A stretch of DNA of 64,000 bases from a virus (lineage: Duplodnaviria > Caudoviricetes), in IMG/VR virus record IMGVR_UViG_3300037067_026718, positions 1 to 64,000 of that record, one strand, 5' to 3'. The notes beneath the pieces were generated by a model that was not told the origin of the DNA, ran no database searches, and saw only the letters and a list, made by a program, of their open reading frames with translations. Numbering within the stretch: the first letter of the stretch is position 1; the number at the start of each line of letters is the position of its first letter. The translations under genes and the position numbers were made by a program. Below are positions 1 to 8,091 of this stretch, piece after piece.

Positions 1-237
1 GATGTGGGAAAACACATCCTGATACTCATGTTTGACTACGAACGGGTAGTCTTTTCTGCCGGAATATCCGAGGTAAACACATGGCAAAAATCGAGGGTCA
101 CCATGTGTGTTCCTGCAGCGACGGTATGGACATTCTGTTTCCGACTCAGGCTGTGGTTTGACTACTCTCCTCACCACCACCCGCCCCGTCTCCAGCACCT
201 CTCGCACTTTAGGGCTGGTCAGGATTATGCGCTTCAT
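1..237 (-). CDS. ASCH/PUA-like phage protein, N-terminal part (runs off left edge)
   Basis: Not in ORF track; ATG at 237 gives MKRIILTSPKVREVLETGRVVVRRVVKPQPE, resembling the family N-terminus ILF..MVRAIL.GRKT.TRRVVKPQP. Confidence 0.55.
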   Translation of the reverse strand, partial: MKRIILTSPKVREVLETGRVVVRRVVKPQPESETECPYRRCRNTHGDPRFLPCVYLGYSGRKDYPFVVKHEYQDVFSHI

Positions 238-239
238 GA

Positions 240-464
240 TTACCTCTTTTCCATCAATTCTGCAGGGGTGGGGATGTCTTTCGGTCTGCTTTGTGTGTCA
301 GCAAACTGAAACCCCACCCTCTGCTCAACAAAGGTCTTTGTTCGACCCTGCAGTCCTTCCGTCCATACATACCGGCAGCTTTGGCAACGGTAAGCTCTGC
401 GCCCATCCATGGCTCTACCTTTGTCTATGCCGGTATGCTTACAACTCGGGCAGATGCGCTTCAC
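240..464 (-). CDS. small zinc-ribbon protein (InsA-like CxxC...CxxC)
   Basis: CPSC...YRCQSC; GTG overlaps the upstream stop codon. Confidence 0.55.
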   Translation of the reverse strand: MKRICPSCKHTGIDKGRAMDGRRAYRCQSCRYVWTEGLQGRTKTFVEQRVGFQFADTQSRPKDIPTPAELMEKR

Positions 465-874
465 TCCCCGCCCCCGTTCTGCTCTTGCTTTTCGTACCAA
501 AACACAATTGGCTGTTCTTTGATTTCGAGAAACCCGAACCGCTTGGCTGCTCTTGCTATTGAGTGATGGAAAATTGAGGTTTTGATACGCTCAAGCAAGT
601 AGCGAAAATCCTCTGCAGTATTGCCACCCTTTAGTATGTTGCATGCAGAACACGAAGGAACAAGGTTATCGATGTTCTCACGCTCGGGATAGTTTACTTC
701 CCCGGTAGGAACCAGTCTGTCATATCCGTTTTTGCGTTCGGACTTGAGTTTCCGCTCGACTGGCAAGAAATGGTCAGCATGCCATCCGGTAGCAGGGAGG
801 TCGCAACCGCAGTACCAGCATTTGCCTCCAGACTTGTTCCACACCTGAAGACGCTGTGCTTTGCTCAGCTTCAC
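461..874 (-). CDS. HNH endonuclease
   Basis: CWYCG...HADHFLP...NLVPSCSACNILKG; likely GTG start at 874. Confidence 0.85.
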   Translation of the reverse strand: MKLSKAQRLQVWNKSGGKCWYCGCDLPATGWHADHFLPVERKLKSERKNGYDRLVPTGEVNYPERENIDNLVPSCSACNILKGGNTAEDFRYLLERIKTSIFHHSIARAAKRFGFLEIKEQPIVFWYEKQEQNGGGE

Positions 875-1404
875 TATTGTTCCCCGTTCTGCTCGGCGTC
901 GAGGCTGCTGCATCCTCCGCACTGTGTTCTACCTTCGCCCTTGCAGCCTCCGATGGGCATATCTGACGGCTTGAGTTCGACGAATCTGCTGCATCGTTCG
1001 GCGTCGAGGCTGGAGAGAACATCCTTAGCAAGTTTGTACGGGCAGTCGGACGCATGGCTAATGTGCGCAAAGTCATCACAATCCCAATTCCCGCACGCAC
1101 GACAGTACACTCTTTCAGCCACATCAGAGTAATGATCGAAACTGGCATTCTTCATAACCCTACGAAGAACCTCCGCCAGTTCCTTCTTGTCCACGAGCAG
1201 CGCTTTCAGCTTCCGCATGACGTGGGCGTTCCCTTTGGTCGGGCTGGGATTAGCGAAGGACGGCAGGCAGTCAAGCGCAGCAGCCACAGCGGCCATGAAT
1301 GCTTCGAGAGATTGGATGTACCTCACCGTACCGCTAATTTCACGTTCATGTTTTTCGATGGATAACCGAAGGAAATTGTTCGTTTCCTGATCAATGTCAG
1401 CCAT
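874..1404 (-). CDS. hypothetical phage protein, Cys-rich C-terminus
   Basis: Start refined to MADIDQ (1404); fits the tiling of adjacent genes. Confidence 0.6.
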   Translation of the reverse strand: MADIDQETNNFLRLSIEKHEREISGTVRYIQSLEAFMAAVAAALDCLPSFANPSPTKGNAHVMRKLKALLVDKKELAEVLRRVMKNASFDHYSDVAERVYCRACGNWDCDDFAHISHASDCPYKLAKDVLSSLDAERCSRFVELKPSDMPIGGCKGEGRTQCGGCSSLDAEQNGEQ

Positions 1405-1648
1405 TATTGGCCGTCCCTTCCGATTTCCGCATGGAGGCATTGCATGTGTTGTTCTTCCCCACCGGTATGGTGCAGGTATAAGCGCCACCCTTGCAAGGAT
1501 TCTTGCCAACGAAGAACTGGCAAGAGTAGCACTTTCCCCAGCATCTGCCTCTTGTTTGGTTGTCGCCTGGGGGCCTGTAGCATCGGCACTCTTCACATGG
1601 AATGTCTCCGCGTTTTGCTTTCCTGTAGTGGGGAGCTGGCCAGTTCAT
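1397..1648 (-). CDS. Cys-rich hypothetical protein
   Basis: MNWPAPHYR...; TGATG overlap with the upstream gene. Confidence 0.55.
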   Translation of the reverse strand: MNWPAPHYRKAKRGDIPCEECRCYRPPGDNQTRGRCWGKCYSCQFFVGKNPCKGGAYTCTIPVGKNNTCNASMRKSEGTANNG

Positions 1649-2298
1649 CACTCCCCGCTTTCTCCGTCCTGGGCTTCGTAGATGGCAAGAAGGGTAAGAG
1701 CACGCAGAATGCGGCGGCAATGGGAACACTCGTCCACGGAACAGAGTCCGTAATGGCATGGGGCATTTTTCATGTGTTCTCGATACTGCTCGGGGGTCAT
1801 ATGATAGCCCACCTGTTCCTTCAGCGCCGCTGCCAGAATCTGCATGGTAATCTTTTCTGAGATCGGCTCCGCTGAAGTAATAGACCCTTCTTCGCTCCTG
1901 GATGGGCAGGCAATCCATCCATAGTCAGGCTCTGATAGATCGCCGTCTGGGTCTTCGTGTACCCATAAGCCTTCACCGTTTATGCGGATAGGCTCTCCGC
2001 AGTGCTTGCAAATGCTTTTGATAAGGGGCTCTCTTTTGCTTGGTGTCGCTTCCAATTGACTCATGAAAGCAATGGCCTTATCGCGCTCCTCTTCTTGCAT
2101 CTTCAGCATGGCATCGTAATCGTCTGCGGCGATGATGACAACGTTGAGTCGGTATAGGTTACGAGGATATGCCTTGAGATGGCCCCAGTCAGATACGGCC
2201 ACGTTGACACGGTTGTAGCCGCCCTCGAGTTCGGGGGCTACCACTCCGGCTTCCAGTACGTAGCCACGGATAACACTCGGCGTTTCGTTGTTACTCAT
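1648..2298 (-). CDS. hypothetical phage protein
   Basis: 216-aa ORF with overlapping start/stop junctions; CxxC motifs. Confidence 0.65.
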   Translation of the reverse strand: MSNNETPSVIRGYVLEAGVVAPELEGGYNRVNVAVSDWGHLKAYPRNLYRLNVVIIAADDYDAMLKMQEEERDKAIAFMSQLEATPSKREPLIKSICKHCGEPIRINGEGLWVHEDPDGDLSEPDYGWIACPSRSEEGSITSAEPISEKITMQILAAALKEQVGYHMTPEQYREHMKNAPCHYGLCSVDECSHCRRILRALTLLAIYEAQDGESGE

Positions 2299-2597
2299 TT
2301 ATGCACTGTCCCTTCATGTTCTGCGATCAAAGCCTTTTCCGCACACGCATCGCAGAGAACTACGTTTGGGCCTTTACTCCTGAAGGCAATAGCCATCTTA
2401 TCGCCATTCTCGAATGGTTTTTTGCACCAGAAGCACTGGTCCATGGGGCGCCTGGATTTGGACCTGATGGCTCTGAACCTGTCGCTCATCACCATCCAAT
2501 CCCTCTTTATTGCCGTGAACTGAATCGTCTTCGTCCTGGCAGGCACCCTTTTTGTAAGGACGCCAGGCTTTGCTGCTTTTTCTGTCGCAGTTTTCAA
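2295..2597 (-). CDS. zinc-finger hypothetical protein
   Basis: CFWC...CDAC. Confidence 0.6.
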   Translation of the reverse strand: MKTATEKAAKPGVLTKRVPARTKTIQFTAIKRDWMVMSDRFRAIRSKSRRPMDQCFWCKKPFENGDKMAIAFRSKGPNVVLCDACAEKALIAEHEGTVHK

Positions 2598-2887
2598 TCC
2601 GGAAATCCTTTCTTGGCTTTATTGCCGGGGGTTCCGCACATGCAGTGTTCTTCATTCTCGCCGCATGAGCAGCCTCTTCGATATGTTCCTGCGGGTGGCA
2701 GAACGCCGTCATCCAGATCTGTATCAAGCATGGCTTCGTAGCACTCGGGGTGCATCCTGGTCATGACCCTCTCATCGTAGCAAAACCATCGCCAGTACGT
2801 CGTACCTTTCTCGATGACTTCGTTGCACCAGTCGCAGGTATGGGCCTTGCGGGATTTTTTTACCTGGAGCGCGTCACTGGTTTCCAT
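2594..2887 (-). CDS. zinc-finger phage protein
   Basis: RKAHTCDWC...MHPEC; GGAGG SD. Confidence 0.7.
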   Translation of the reverse strand: METSDALQVKKSRKAHTCDWCNEVIEKGTTYWRWFCYDERVMTRMHPECYEAMLDTDLDDGVLPPAGTYRRGCSCGENEEHCMCGTPGNKAKKGFPD

Positions 2888-2904
2888 TATTCCTCCTAGA
2901 ATAA

Positions 2905-3255
2905 TTAGGCATAACCGACCGCCTTGCCGGTGTTGTGCTCAACTTGAACAGCCCTGTCATCCCAGAGCTCAATCATTTTGAAGTCTTTCTCGGCTGTTAC
3001 ATCAAGGCGGGGAAGACCGTTTTCTTCGAGCCAGTCCTGGATGGCCTTCCTCGCCTTTCCAGCGAATCCTTCAGGCTGAGAAGAGCAAACCCTGGCGGTC
3101 ATTATCTTGACCTCGACCTGGCCACTCGACAGCCACTCAAGAATTCTATCTTTCATGAGTGGAATTATCGGACCTATTGAACAAGGGCCATTCCATTCGG
3201 CATATACAGCCAGTGTCCCGTCGAGGTCTACACCTATCCAAGGCTTTCCCGTCAC
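2905..3255 (-). CDS. HAD-superfamily phosphatase (PNK 3'-phosphatase-like)
   Basis: GVDLDGTL motif I, IMTAR motif II, K...LWDDRAV motifs III/IV. Confidence 0.85.
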   Translation of the reverse strand: MTGKPWIGVDLDGTLAVYAEWNGPCSIGPIIPLMKDRILEWLSSGQVEVKIMTARVCSSQPEGFAGKARKAIQDWLEENGLPRLDVTAEKDFKMIELWDDRAVQVEHNTGKAVGYA

Positions 3256-3602
3256 GGTTTCTCCTTCGGGAACAGGGCGACGGCTTCGTCAAAGATTCTG
3301 CCAAAGAATTGGTCAGATGTTCTATCGCAGAACATATCACGATTGGCCGCCAGCTTACGGCAGATAGCCACTGCCTTCTGTTCCCGTGTCGTCTCCGCAG
3401 CGGGGGCGTCGAGGCTGAATAGAATGTGGTCGGCAGCCGCAAGGGTTCCGCGACATACCTTGACGCACGCCATGTATTCAGCCTTCGATGCGTCACCGTG
3501 GAGGTCTACAGCGTACTGGACATTCATCTCTATGATGCGATTCAAGGCTGTTCGCATCATGTTGATCGACTTCGCCATCTCCTCGCGTGTTACAGTTTCC
3601 AT
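3252..3602 (-). CDS. hypothetical phage protein
   Basis: ORF with SD; fits gene tiling. Confidence 0.6.
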   Translation of the reverse strand: METVTREEMAKSINMMRTALNRIIEMNVQYAVDLHGDASKAEYMACVKVCRGTLAAADHILFSLDAPAAETTREQKAVAICRKLAANRDMFCDRTSDQFFGRIFDEAVALFPKEKP

Positions 3603-3620
3603 CTCTTCCTTTCTTCGGCA

Positions 3621-3869
3621 TCAGAATGCCGTCGGGAAAACCATCTCACCTTGAGTGATCTCCTCGAGCGTTGAAATGGTATCCTCAAGTTGATCTATGG
3701 CATCCCCCAGTTCTTCGTATTTGGCGCTGCCCTGAAGGTTCTCAGGCATGTTGTCCTGCCAGTCCTGGAGCTCGTCGCGCAGCTCAGTGATGCCATCAAT
3801 GACGGCCTGCAGATTCTCCTGGAGATCTGCATACCTTGTAGCTCTACTTTTGGGCTTGGGCTTGGGCAT
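3621..3869 (-). CDS. acidic coiled-coil phage protein
   Basis: ELRDELQDWQDNMPENLQGS pattern common in large phages. Confidence 0.7.
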   Translation of the reverse strand: MPKPKPKSRATRYADLQENLQAVIDGITELRDELQDWQDNMPENLQGSAKYEELGDAIDQLEDTISTLEEITQGEMVFPTAF

Positions 3870-3879
3870 CTTCTATCCC

Positions 3880-4581
3880 TCACAGCATATGTTTTCGGTC
3901 TGCGATCTCACTCAGGAATACGTAGGGGTTATCTGAGTATCGAAGCCCGGGTTGTTTGTAAAGCTGGTTCCAGTGCGTCTTGAACCTTTCGATGATCTGG
4001 CCGGCTGTCGCTCCACATGTCGAGCAGGAACCGTCTATGCCGGCACGGAGGCATTGATCAAACCTGACTTGCTGGACGCGAAGGACTTTGTTCCGTGCTA
4101 CCATCCATTCAAGACGGGAAGCCCATCGAGGCATGTGAGTAGGAGATCTCCACTTTCCGCGGGTGGCCTTGGTGTCGAATCCGAACCTGGGACTGTTGGA
4201 GTAGTACTCATTATCGGCATCGAACCATACCGGCCAATGGAAGATATCCTTGGGCTTGACTGTGTCCAGAGAGTTTTCGACTGCCCACTTCTCCTTGCAC
4301 CACATCGTTGTTGCCGGAGGTCCGAAGGGAGGCCAGATGCGCTGGATGGTGGGCTCTCCGTATTTGCCGCCGCCTTGGGAAACGTGAATGTACTGGTCTT
4401 CTGGAGGCCCATCGATCCAAGCCTGGTCCCAGTCCGGAGCGCCATAAAAGATATTCGGCTTGACCGGTCTGATGATCAACGACCCCACGGCTTGTGTTTG
4501 CATGAGGATGCCTCGGAGGATCGCCCGGACTTCATCACCACGCAGGCATATGGCTTGTTCCTCGATGTCAGTCATAGTCAC
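3880..4581 (-). CDS. ASCH/PUA-like phage protein
   Basis: VRAILRG...WCKEKW...WRSPTHMPRWASRL...W...NPYV. Confidence 0.75.
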   Translation of the reverse strand: MTMTDIEEQAICLRGDEVRAILRGILMQTQAVGSLIIRPVKPNIFYGAPDWDQAWIDGPPEDQYIHVSQGGGKYGEPTIQRIWPPFGPPATTMWCKEKWAVENSLDTVKPKDIFHWPVWFDADNEYYSNSPRFGFDTKATRGKWRSPTHMPRWASRLEWMVARNKVLRVQQVRFDQCLRAGIDGSCSTCGATAGQIIERFKTHWNQLYKQPGLRYSDNPYVFLSEIADRKHML

Positions 4582-4696
4582 CTTCTGTCTTTCTGTTCTC
4601 TCTCTTGTGATAGATCGTCAGTGCAGCCAGAAAGCCCAGGACGTATCCCACCATGCCGGCTACGATGGCCACAGCAAGCCATTCGGATGGAGTCAT
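4568..4696 (-). CDS. 42-aa single-TM protein
   Basis: Not in track: MTPSEWLAVAIVAGMVGYVLGFLAALTIYHKRENRKTEGDYD; fills the intergenic gap. Confidence 0.55.
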   Translation of the reverse strand: MTPSEWLAVAIVAGMVGYVLGFLAALTIYHKRENRKTEGDYD

Positions 4697-4699
4697 CTG

Positions 4700-5068
4700 C
4701 TACTCATCATCGGGATCGGACTCGTTGAGACCGTCATCGAGGAAGTCGTCATCCTCTCGAATGTCATCAGCAGGGTCGCTGTCATCGATTGCATTCAGCT
4801 CATCGAAGTGGAGCTGCACGTTGGCGGCTATCTCTGCCACCTTCTTCTCAGCGGCTTCCACGGCCGCCTTGAGCTCTGCCATGGATGAAGGATCCCCGTT
4901 GTTGATGATGTCCTGGAAGGAATCCTTGATGAGGTCGCTGAGCTTGGGGTAATGCCCGACCAGGGATTTGGATTTGCCTTCGCTTTTCCTCCGATACATG
5001 GACCAGCAAAGAGCATCATGGGACATAAAGTATTCAGAGCCTAAGATTGGGATTTCTTTCTGGGACAC
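4700..5068 (-). CDS. hypothetical protein with very acidic tail
   Basis: GTG at 5068 after AAAGGA; D-rich C-terminus. Confidence 0.6.
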   Translation of the reverse strand: MSQKEIPILGSEYFMSHDALCWSMYRRKSEGKSKSLVGHYPKLSDLIKDSFQDIINNGDPSSMAELKAAVEAAEKKVAEIAANVQLHFDELNAIDDSDPADDIREDDDFLDDGLNESDPDDE

Positions 5069-5094
5069 GAAGGTATTCCTTTCTTTTTTATTGG

Positions 5095-5195
5095 GGCGCC
5101 CACTGGTCAACCACGCGCTACCCGTCCTCAGTTCGACCCCGATTTGATTATCGACGGAGTCTGTTGGCCTAAGCCTTGTCCGTTGCGTGGGCGCC
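5095..5195 (-). ncRNA. structured RNA motif A, copy 1
   Basis: GGCGCCCAC...GTGGGCGCC 9-bp closing stem; shares GCAACGGAC and GGTTGACCA with 6506-6629. Confidence 0.6.
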
Positions 5196-5203
5196 TTGAA
5201 CGT

Positions 5204-5386
5204 TCATTTCTTTCTGTTCGCCTTCCTGGAGTTGGTGGCGATCTTGGCCTTACGTTTGGCCTTCTTATCCCTCTTCTTCGGCCTGGGGGGTGTTCGATCA
5301 TCGGGCATGTTGTATCCGTCGTCCCCTATCCCCATGGCTACCGCTGCTGCCATGAGAATCGCTGCCCCTGTTCTGCCAGACATCAT
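5204..5386 (-). CDS. small protein, hydrophobic N-terminus and very basic tail
   Basis: K/R-rich C-terminus; overlap junction. Confidence 0.5.
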   Translation of the reverse strand: MMSGRTGAAILMAAAVAMGIGDDGYNMPDDRTPPRPKKRDKKAKRKAKIATNSRKANRKK

Positions 5387-5688
5387 TCACTCACAGGCCA
5401 GAAGCCGTAATCGGCTCCGTCGCCCGGGTGAGCCCCGAAGAAGCAGCCTTCCGGGGCCAGCGCGTTGAGCTTGGTGAAGAGCTCATCGAGGAAGAACCCG
5501 GCTTCCTCGGAATCCCACCATTCGTCATCGTCGTCCTTTTCCTGGGACAAGATGTACAGTGGATCCGTGGCTACCAGGTCCATCTGCTCTTCATCAAGAA
5601 ATTCCAGTTCGGCAAGGAAAGCCGGAATGAGCTCCTGTGGCTTCATGGTGCCGGCCAACACCGTTCCGCATACCGGGGTAGGCATCAC
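5383..5688 (-). CDS. conserved acidic early phage protein
   Basis: GTMKPQELIPAF...FGAHPGDGADYGFW. Confidence 0.7.
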   Translation of the reverse strand: MMPTPVCGTVLAGTMKPQELIPAFLAELEFLDEEQMDLVATDPLYILSQEKDDDDEWWDSEEAGFFLDELFTKLNALAPEGCFFGAHPGDGADYGFWPVSE

Positions 5689-5924
5689 TTCCTCCTGTTT
5701 ATCTTACGGGATTTGCTGGCCTGGACGTCAATTGAGGGAGCCTGCTTCAGAGGACCGAAGACTCGGAGGATCTCCCGCATTCGGTTTATGTCATGGGTGA
5801 GATCCTCACAACTCGCGTTGCCCTTAGCTTTCTCAAAAGTTATGCTGAATCTCTCTCCAACCTTCTTCCTCTGCTCTTCGTGCTCCAGCAGAAGCGCCTT
5901 ACGAGTTCCGAAAACTCCGCCCAT
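5685..5924 (-). CDS. hypothetical protein
   Basis: Fits gene tiling. Confidence 0.5.
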   Translation of the reverse strand: MGGVFGTRKALLLEHEEQRKKVGERFSITFEKAKGNASCEDLTHDINRMREILRVFGPLKQAPSIDVQASKSRKINRRK

Positions 5925-5984
5925 GCCCTACCTTCTTATCGACTTGGATGCCGCCGTGTAGGCCTCTGGATCGGCAGCCCGTTT

Positions 5985-6356
5985 CTAGCCCATGACCTTC
6001 GAGTAATATGCTCCGACCTTCCCGGCAAAGAAAGGATCTCCAGATTCAGCCAATCTCCACTTGGAGAGAAGCTGCTGGATGTCGGATCTGTCAATCCATC
6101 TTCTCATTTCCAGCTCTTCTGGTGTCCAGTCGGGTAGGCTGGTGTCGTAGATGATCTTGCTGGTACGCATGTAATGCGTATGCTCAACTGCCAGAAACTC
6201 CATGTGGGGGTACAGCCGCTTCTTCTCCTTGGCGAGGTCGATCACCTCTTGAGCTGTTTGCCACTCTCCCCTGCTCCGGCTGTCCCTTTCATCCACGATC
6301 AGAACCGTGCTGCCGTCGTCGTTTTTGTGCCATAGCTTGTAATAGATTATTTCCAT
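5985..6356 (-). CDS. hypothetical phage protein
   Basis: MEIIYY start after AAGGAG; WRLAESGDPFFAG motif. Confidence 0.6.
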   Translation of the reverse strand: MEIIYYKLWHKNDDGSTVLIVDERDSRSRGEWQTAQEVIDLAKEKKRLYPHMEFLAVEHTHYMRTSKIIYDTSLPDWTPEELEMRRWIDRSDIQQLLSKWRLAESGDPFFAGKVGAYYSKVMG

Positions 6357-6438
6357 CAGTACTCCTTGTTGATCATGAAACATGGTTTTGTGAGACACAA
6401 CTGATCTTGTTGCTCACGGATGAGACTCAAAAGAGAGA

Positions 6439-6499
6439 TGCCCCCGAGCGTTTCCGTTGGTAGTTGGAGGCTTCCATACGAAAACATTGCCCGGGGGCA
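6439..6499 (-). ncRNA. structured RNA motif B, copy 1
   Basis: GCCCCCGGGCAATGTTTTCG...CGGAAACGCTCGGGGGC; homologous to 29957-30011. Confidence 0.55.
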
Positions 6500-6505
6500 A
6501 TTCGA

Positions 6506-6629
6506 AGCGCACACTGGTCAACCGCTCGCTTCCCACCCCGGATTTCTGGCTTGTTTCCTTCGAAGAACACCCTAACCCCGAAGGCGGCTGGGCCTGCCGG
6601 GCACTGGCTTCGTCCGTTGCGTGTGCGCT
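6506..6629 (-). ncRNA. structured RNA motif A, copy 2
   Basis: AGCGCACAC...GTGTGCGCT stem, compensatory changes relative to copy 1. Confidence 0.6.
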
Positions 6630-6640
6630 GTTTTTTATCC

Positions 6641-6847
6641 TGATACCGAGGCAGGATTCGAACCTGCACGAGATATGCTTGGTGTTAGTCGGCACCCATT
6701 GCGGGGGCATTCGTTATTATTTTCACCAAGTTTTTAAGGACGGCCTACCTTCCGGCTGCTTACCCGACTTGTCTTACAACGTAGGCTTTTGCCCGTCCTC
6801 CTCTAACCCGATAAGCGTAGCGTCTTCTTTTCCGCCACTCGGTATCA
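6641..6847 (-). ncRNA. tRNA-shaped RNA with a large structured insert in place of the anticodon loop
   Basis: 10-bp terminal stem TGATACCGAG/CTCGGTATCA, Leu-type D arm TGGCGGAA...AGACGC, perfect T arm GCAGGTTCGAATCCTGC. Confidence 0.7.
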
Positions 6848-6858
6848 GCGTTGTTCTT

Positions 6859-6944
6859 TGGTACCGGAGAAGGGAGTTGAACCCTTACGCCCCGAAGAGC
6901 AATAGAGTTTGGGTCTACCGCGTCTGCCATTCCGCCACTCCGGC
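6859..6944 (-). tRNA. trnL: tRNA-Leu(CAA)
   Basis: GCCGGAG/CTCCGGT-A-CCA, long variable arm, anticodon loop CCCAAAC (atypical C33). Confidence 0.85.
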
Positions 6945-7379
6945 ATCTTTTCTCTTATTCCTTCGAACAGTACTTCTCTTGCCATGCCAAGTCTTCTTTG
7001 CTTTCAAGCAAATATCACATTGGCACTTCTTTTTCATCCAACCGTACAGAGTCCCATGCGTGAAGCCCTTTTCTTTCCCTTTTAAGGGGCTCGGTCTTCC
7101 AGTTAGCGATAAAGTGGCATGCTCACTGGCTGATAGTATCTCCAGGTTCTCTATACGGTCGTCAGTTACATCTCCGTTGATATGATGGATATGCTCGTCA
7201 GGCCGCAGTGTTCTTCCAATGTCCTCTTCTACTATGCGACGCGATCTCAGGACGTGCTTTTTTCTGCCGTCTGCATACGTATATTGGAAAAAAGCTCTTC
7301 CAGCTCTAGCCTTGTCCTTAATACGCGCTCCATAGAAGTATGGGCCATCGATTTTAATGACTTCATCTGGATTATTCAT
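6915..7379 (-). CDS. free-standing HNH homing endonuclease
   Basis: HIHHINGDVTDDRIENLEILSASEHATL; HGTLYGW..KCQCDIC; last 10 codons lie inside tRNA-Leu. Confidence 0.85.
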   Translation of the reverse strand: MNNPDEVIKIDGPYFYGARIKDKARAGRAFFQYTYADGRKKHVLRSRRIVEEDIGRTLRPDEHIHHINGDVTDDRIENLEILSASEHATLSLTGRPSPLKGKEKGFTHGTLYGWMKKKCQCDICLKAKKTWHGKRSTVRRNKRKDAGVAEWQTR

Positions 7380-7393
7380 GCGACCTCTTAAAG

Positions 7394-7718
7394 TGGTGGA
7401 CCCGTCGGGATTCGAACCCGAGTCCGAATTGAAACGTCATAAGTCTTCTACGTGCGTAGTCCGTTTACGGATGGACTTCCGAGGGCGGGTCTCCCCGCCT
7501 CCACCACCTGCTTTTTACGGAGCAGGAACCATCTCCAGCGTTCCCCGTGCATTAACGTCCCGACCTTTTCCCCGGGGAAGTACTCAGCGGGACGGTCGCT
7601 TACGCGACTCGGAGTTCTCTTGTGCCAGTTATTGGCTGATCCTTGTTTTACGTCTCCTGGATCAAAGACGGCACGCTTACTCATAACATCCTTCAACCCG
7701 TCGAGACCTGTCGGGCCC
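7394..7718 (-). ncRNA. ssrA: tmRNA
   Basis: GGGCCCG/CGGGTCC-A-CCA with G3:U70, T arm GGTTCGAATCC, ATAACT resume context, tag ORF GTRELRVA-stop at 7626-7600. Confidence 0.93.
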
Positions 7719-7728
7719 ACTGAAAGAT

Positions 7729-8091
7729 CTAGGTTTCACAGTCCTGGTGACCAAGGTGTTCTTCCAACTGAGCTATGCTCTCAATCGGTTCATGGCTCTT
7801 GGCCTTCTGAGCTTCTTCGAACTTCTTCATGTGTTCGATGTATTCAGTCGCTACCTTCCTGGCATCCTTGGCTATCAAATTCGGATCCCTGATCTGGTCC
7901 GCCGACTCAATGTAAAACTTGATGTAGTTGCTTACCTCTGGAACGTATATGAACATGCACAAGCGATCGCTCGCATATCCCAGCCAGTGAGAATCAATGT
8001 CGCAGGGGAACTCCACCCTGATGGCATCCAAGATGTCCTTGAGATACCCGATGAATTCGATGGCCTCTTGTGTCGTCCTCGTCATGCCCAT
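7729..8091 (-). CDS. hypothetical protein
   Basis: GAGAGG SD; 120 aa. Confidence 0.6.
   Translation of the reverse strand: MGMTRTTQEAIEFIGYLKDILDAIRVEFPCDIDSHWLGYASDRLCMFIYVPEVSNYIKFYIESADQIRDPNLIAKDARKVATEYIEHMKKFEEAQKAKSHEPIESIAQLEEHLGHQDCET

Noticed and set aside
240-464. IS1 element
   Set aside because: Only an InsA-like zinc ribbon is present, with no InsB/DDE domain or terminal inverted repeats.
5120-5135. Hammerhead ribozyme (CTGAGGA fits CUGANGA)
   Set aside because: No stem II followed by GAAA, and the heptamer is absent from the second motif A copy.
6680-6812. Group I intron in a tRNA-Leu anticodon
   Set aside because: About 130 nt is short for a group I intron, P/Q/R/S elements are not recognisable, and I could not find a splice that restores a canonical 7-nt loop and CCA end.
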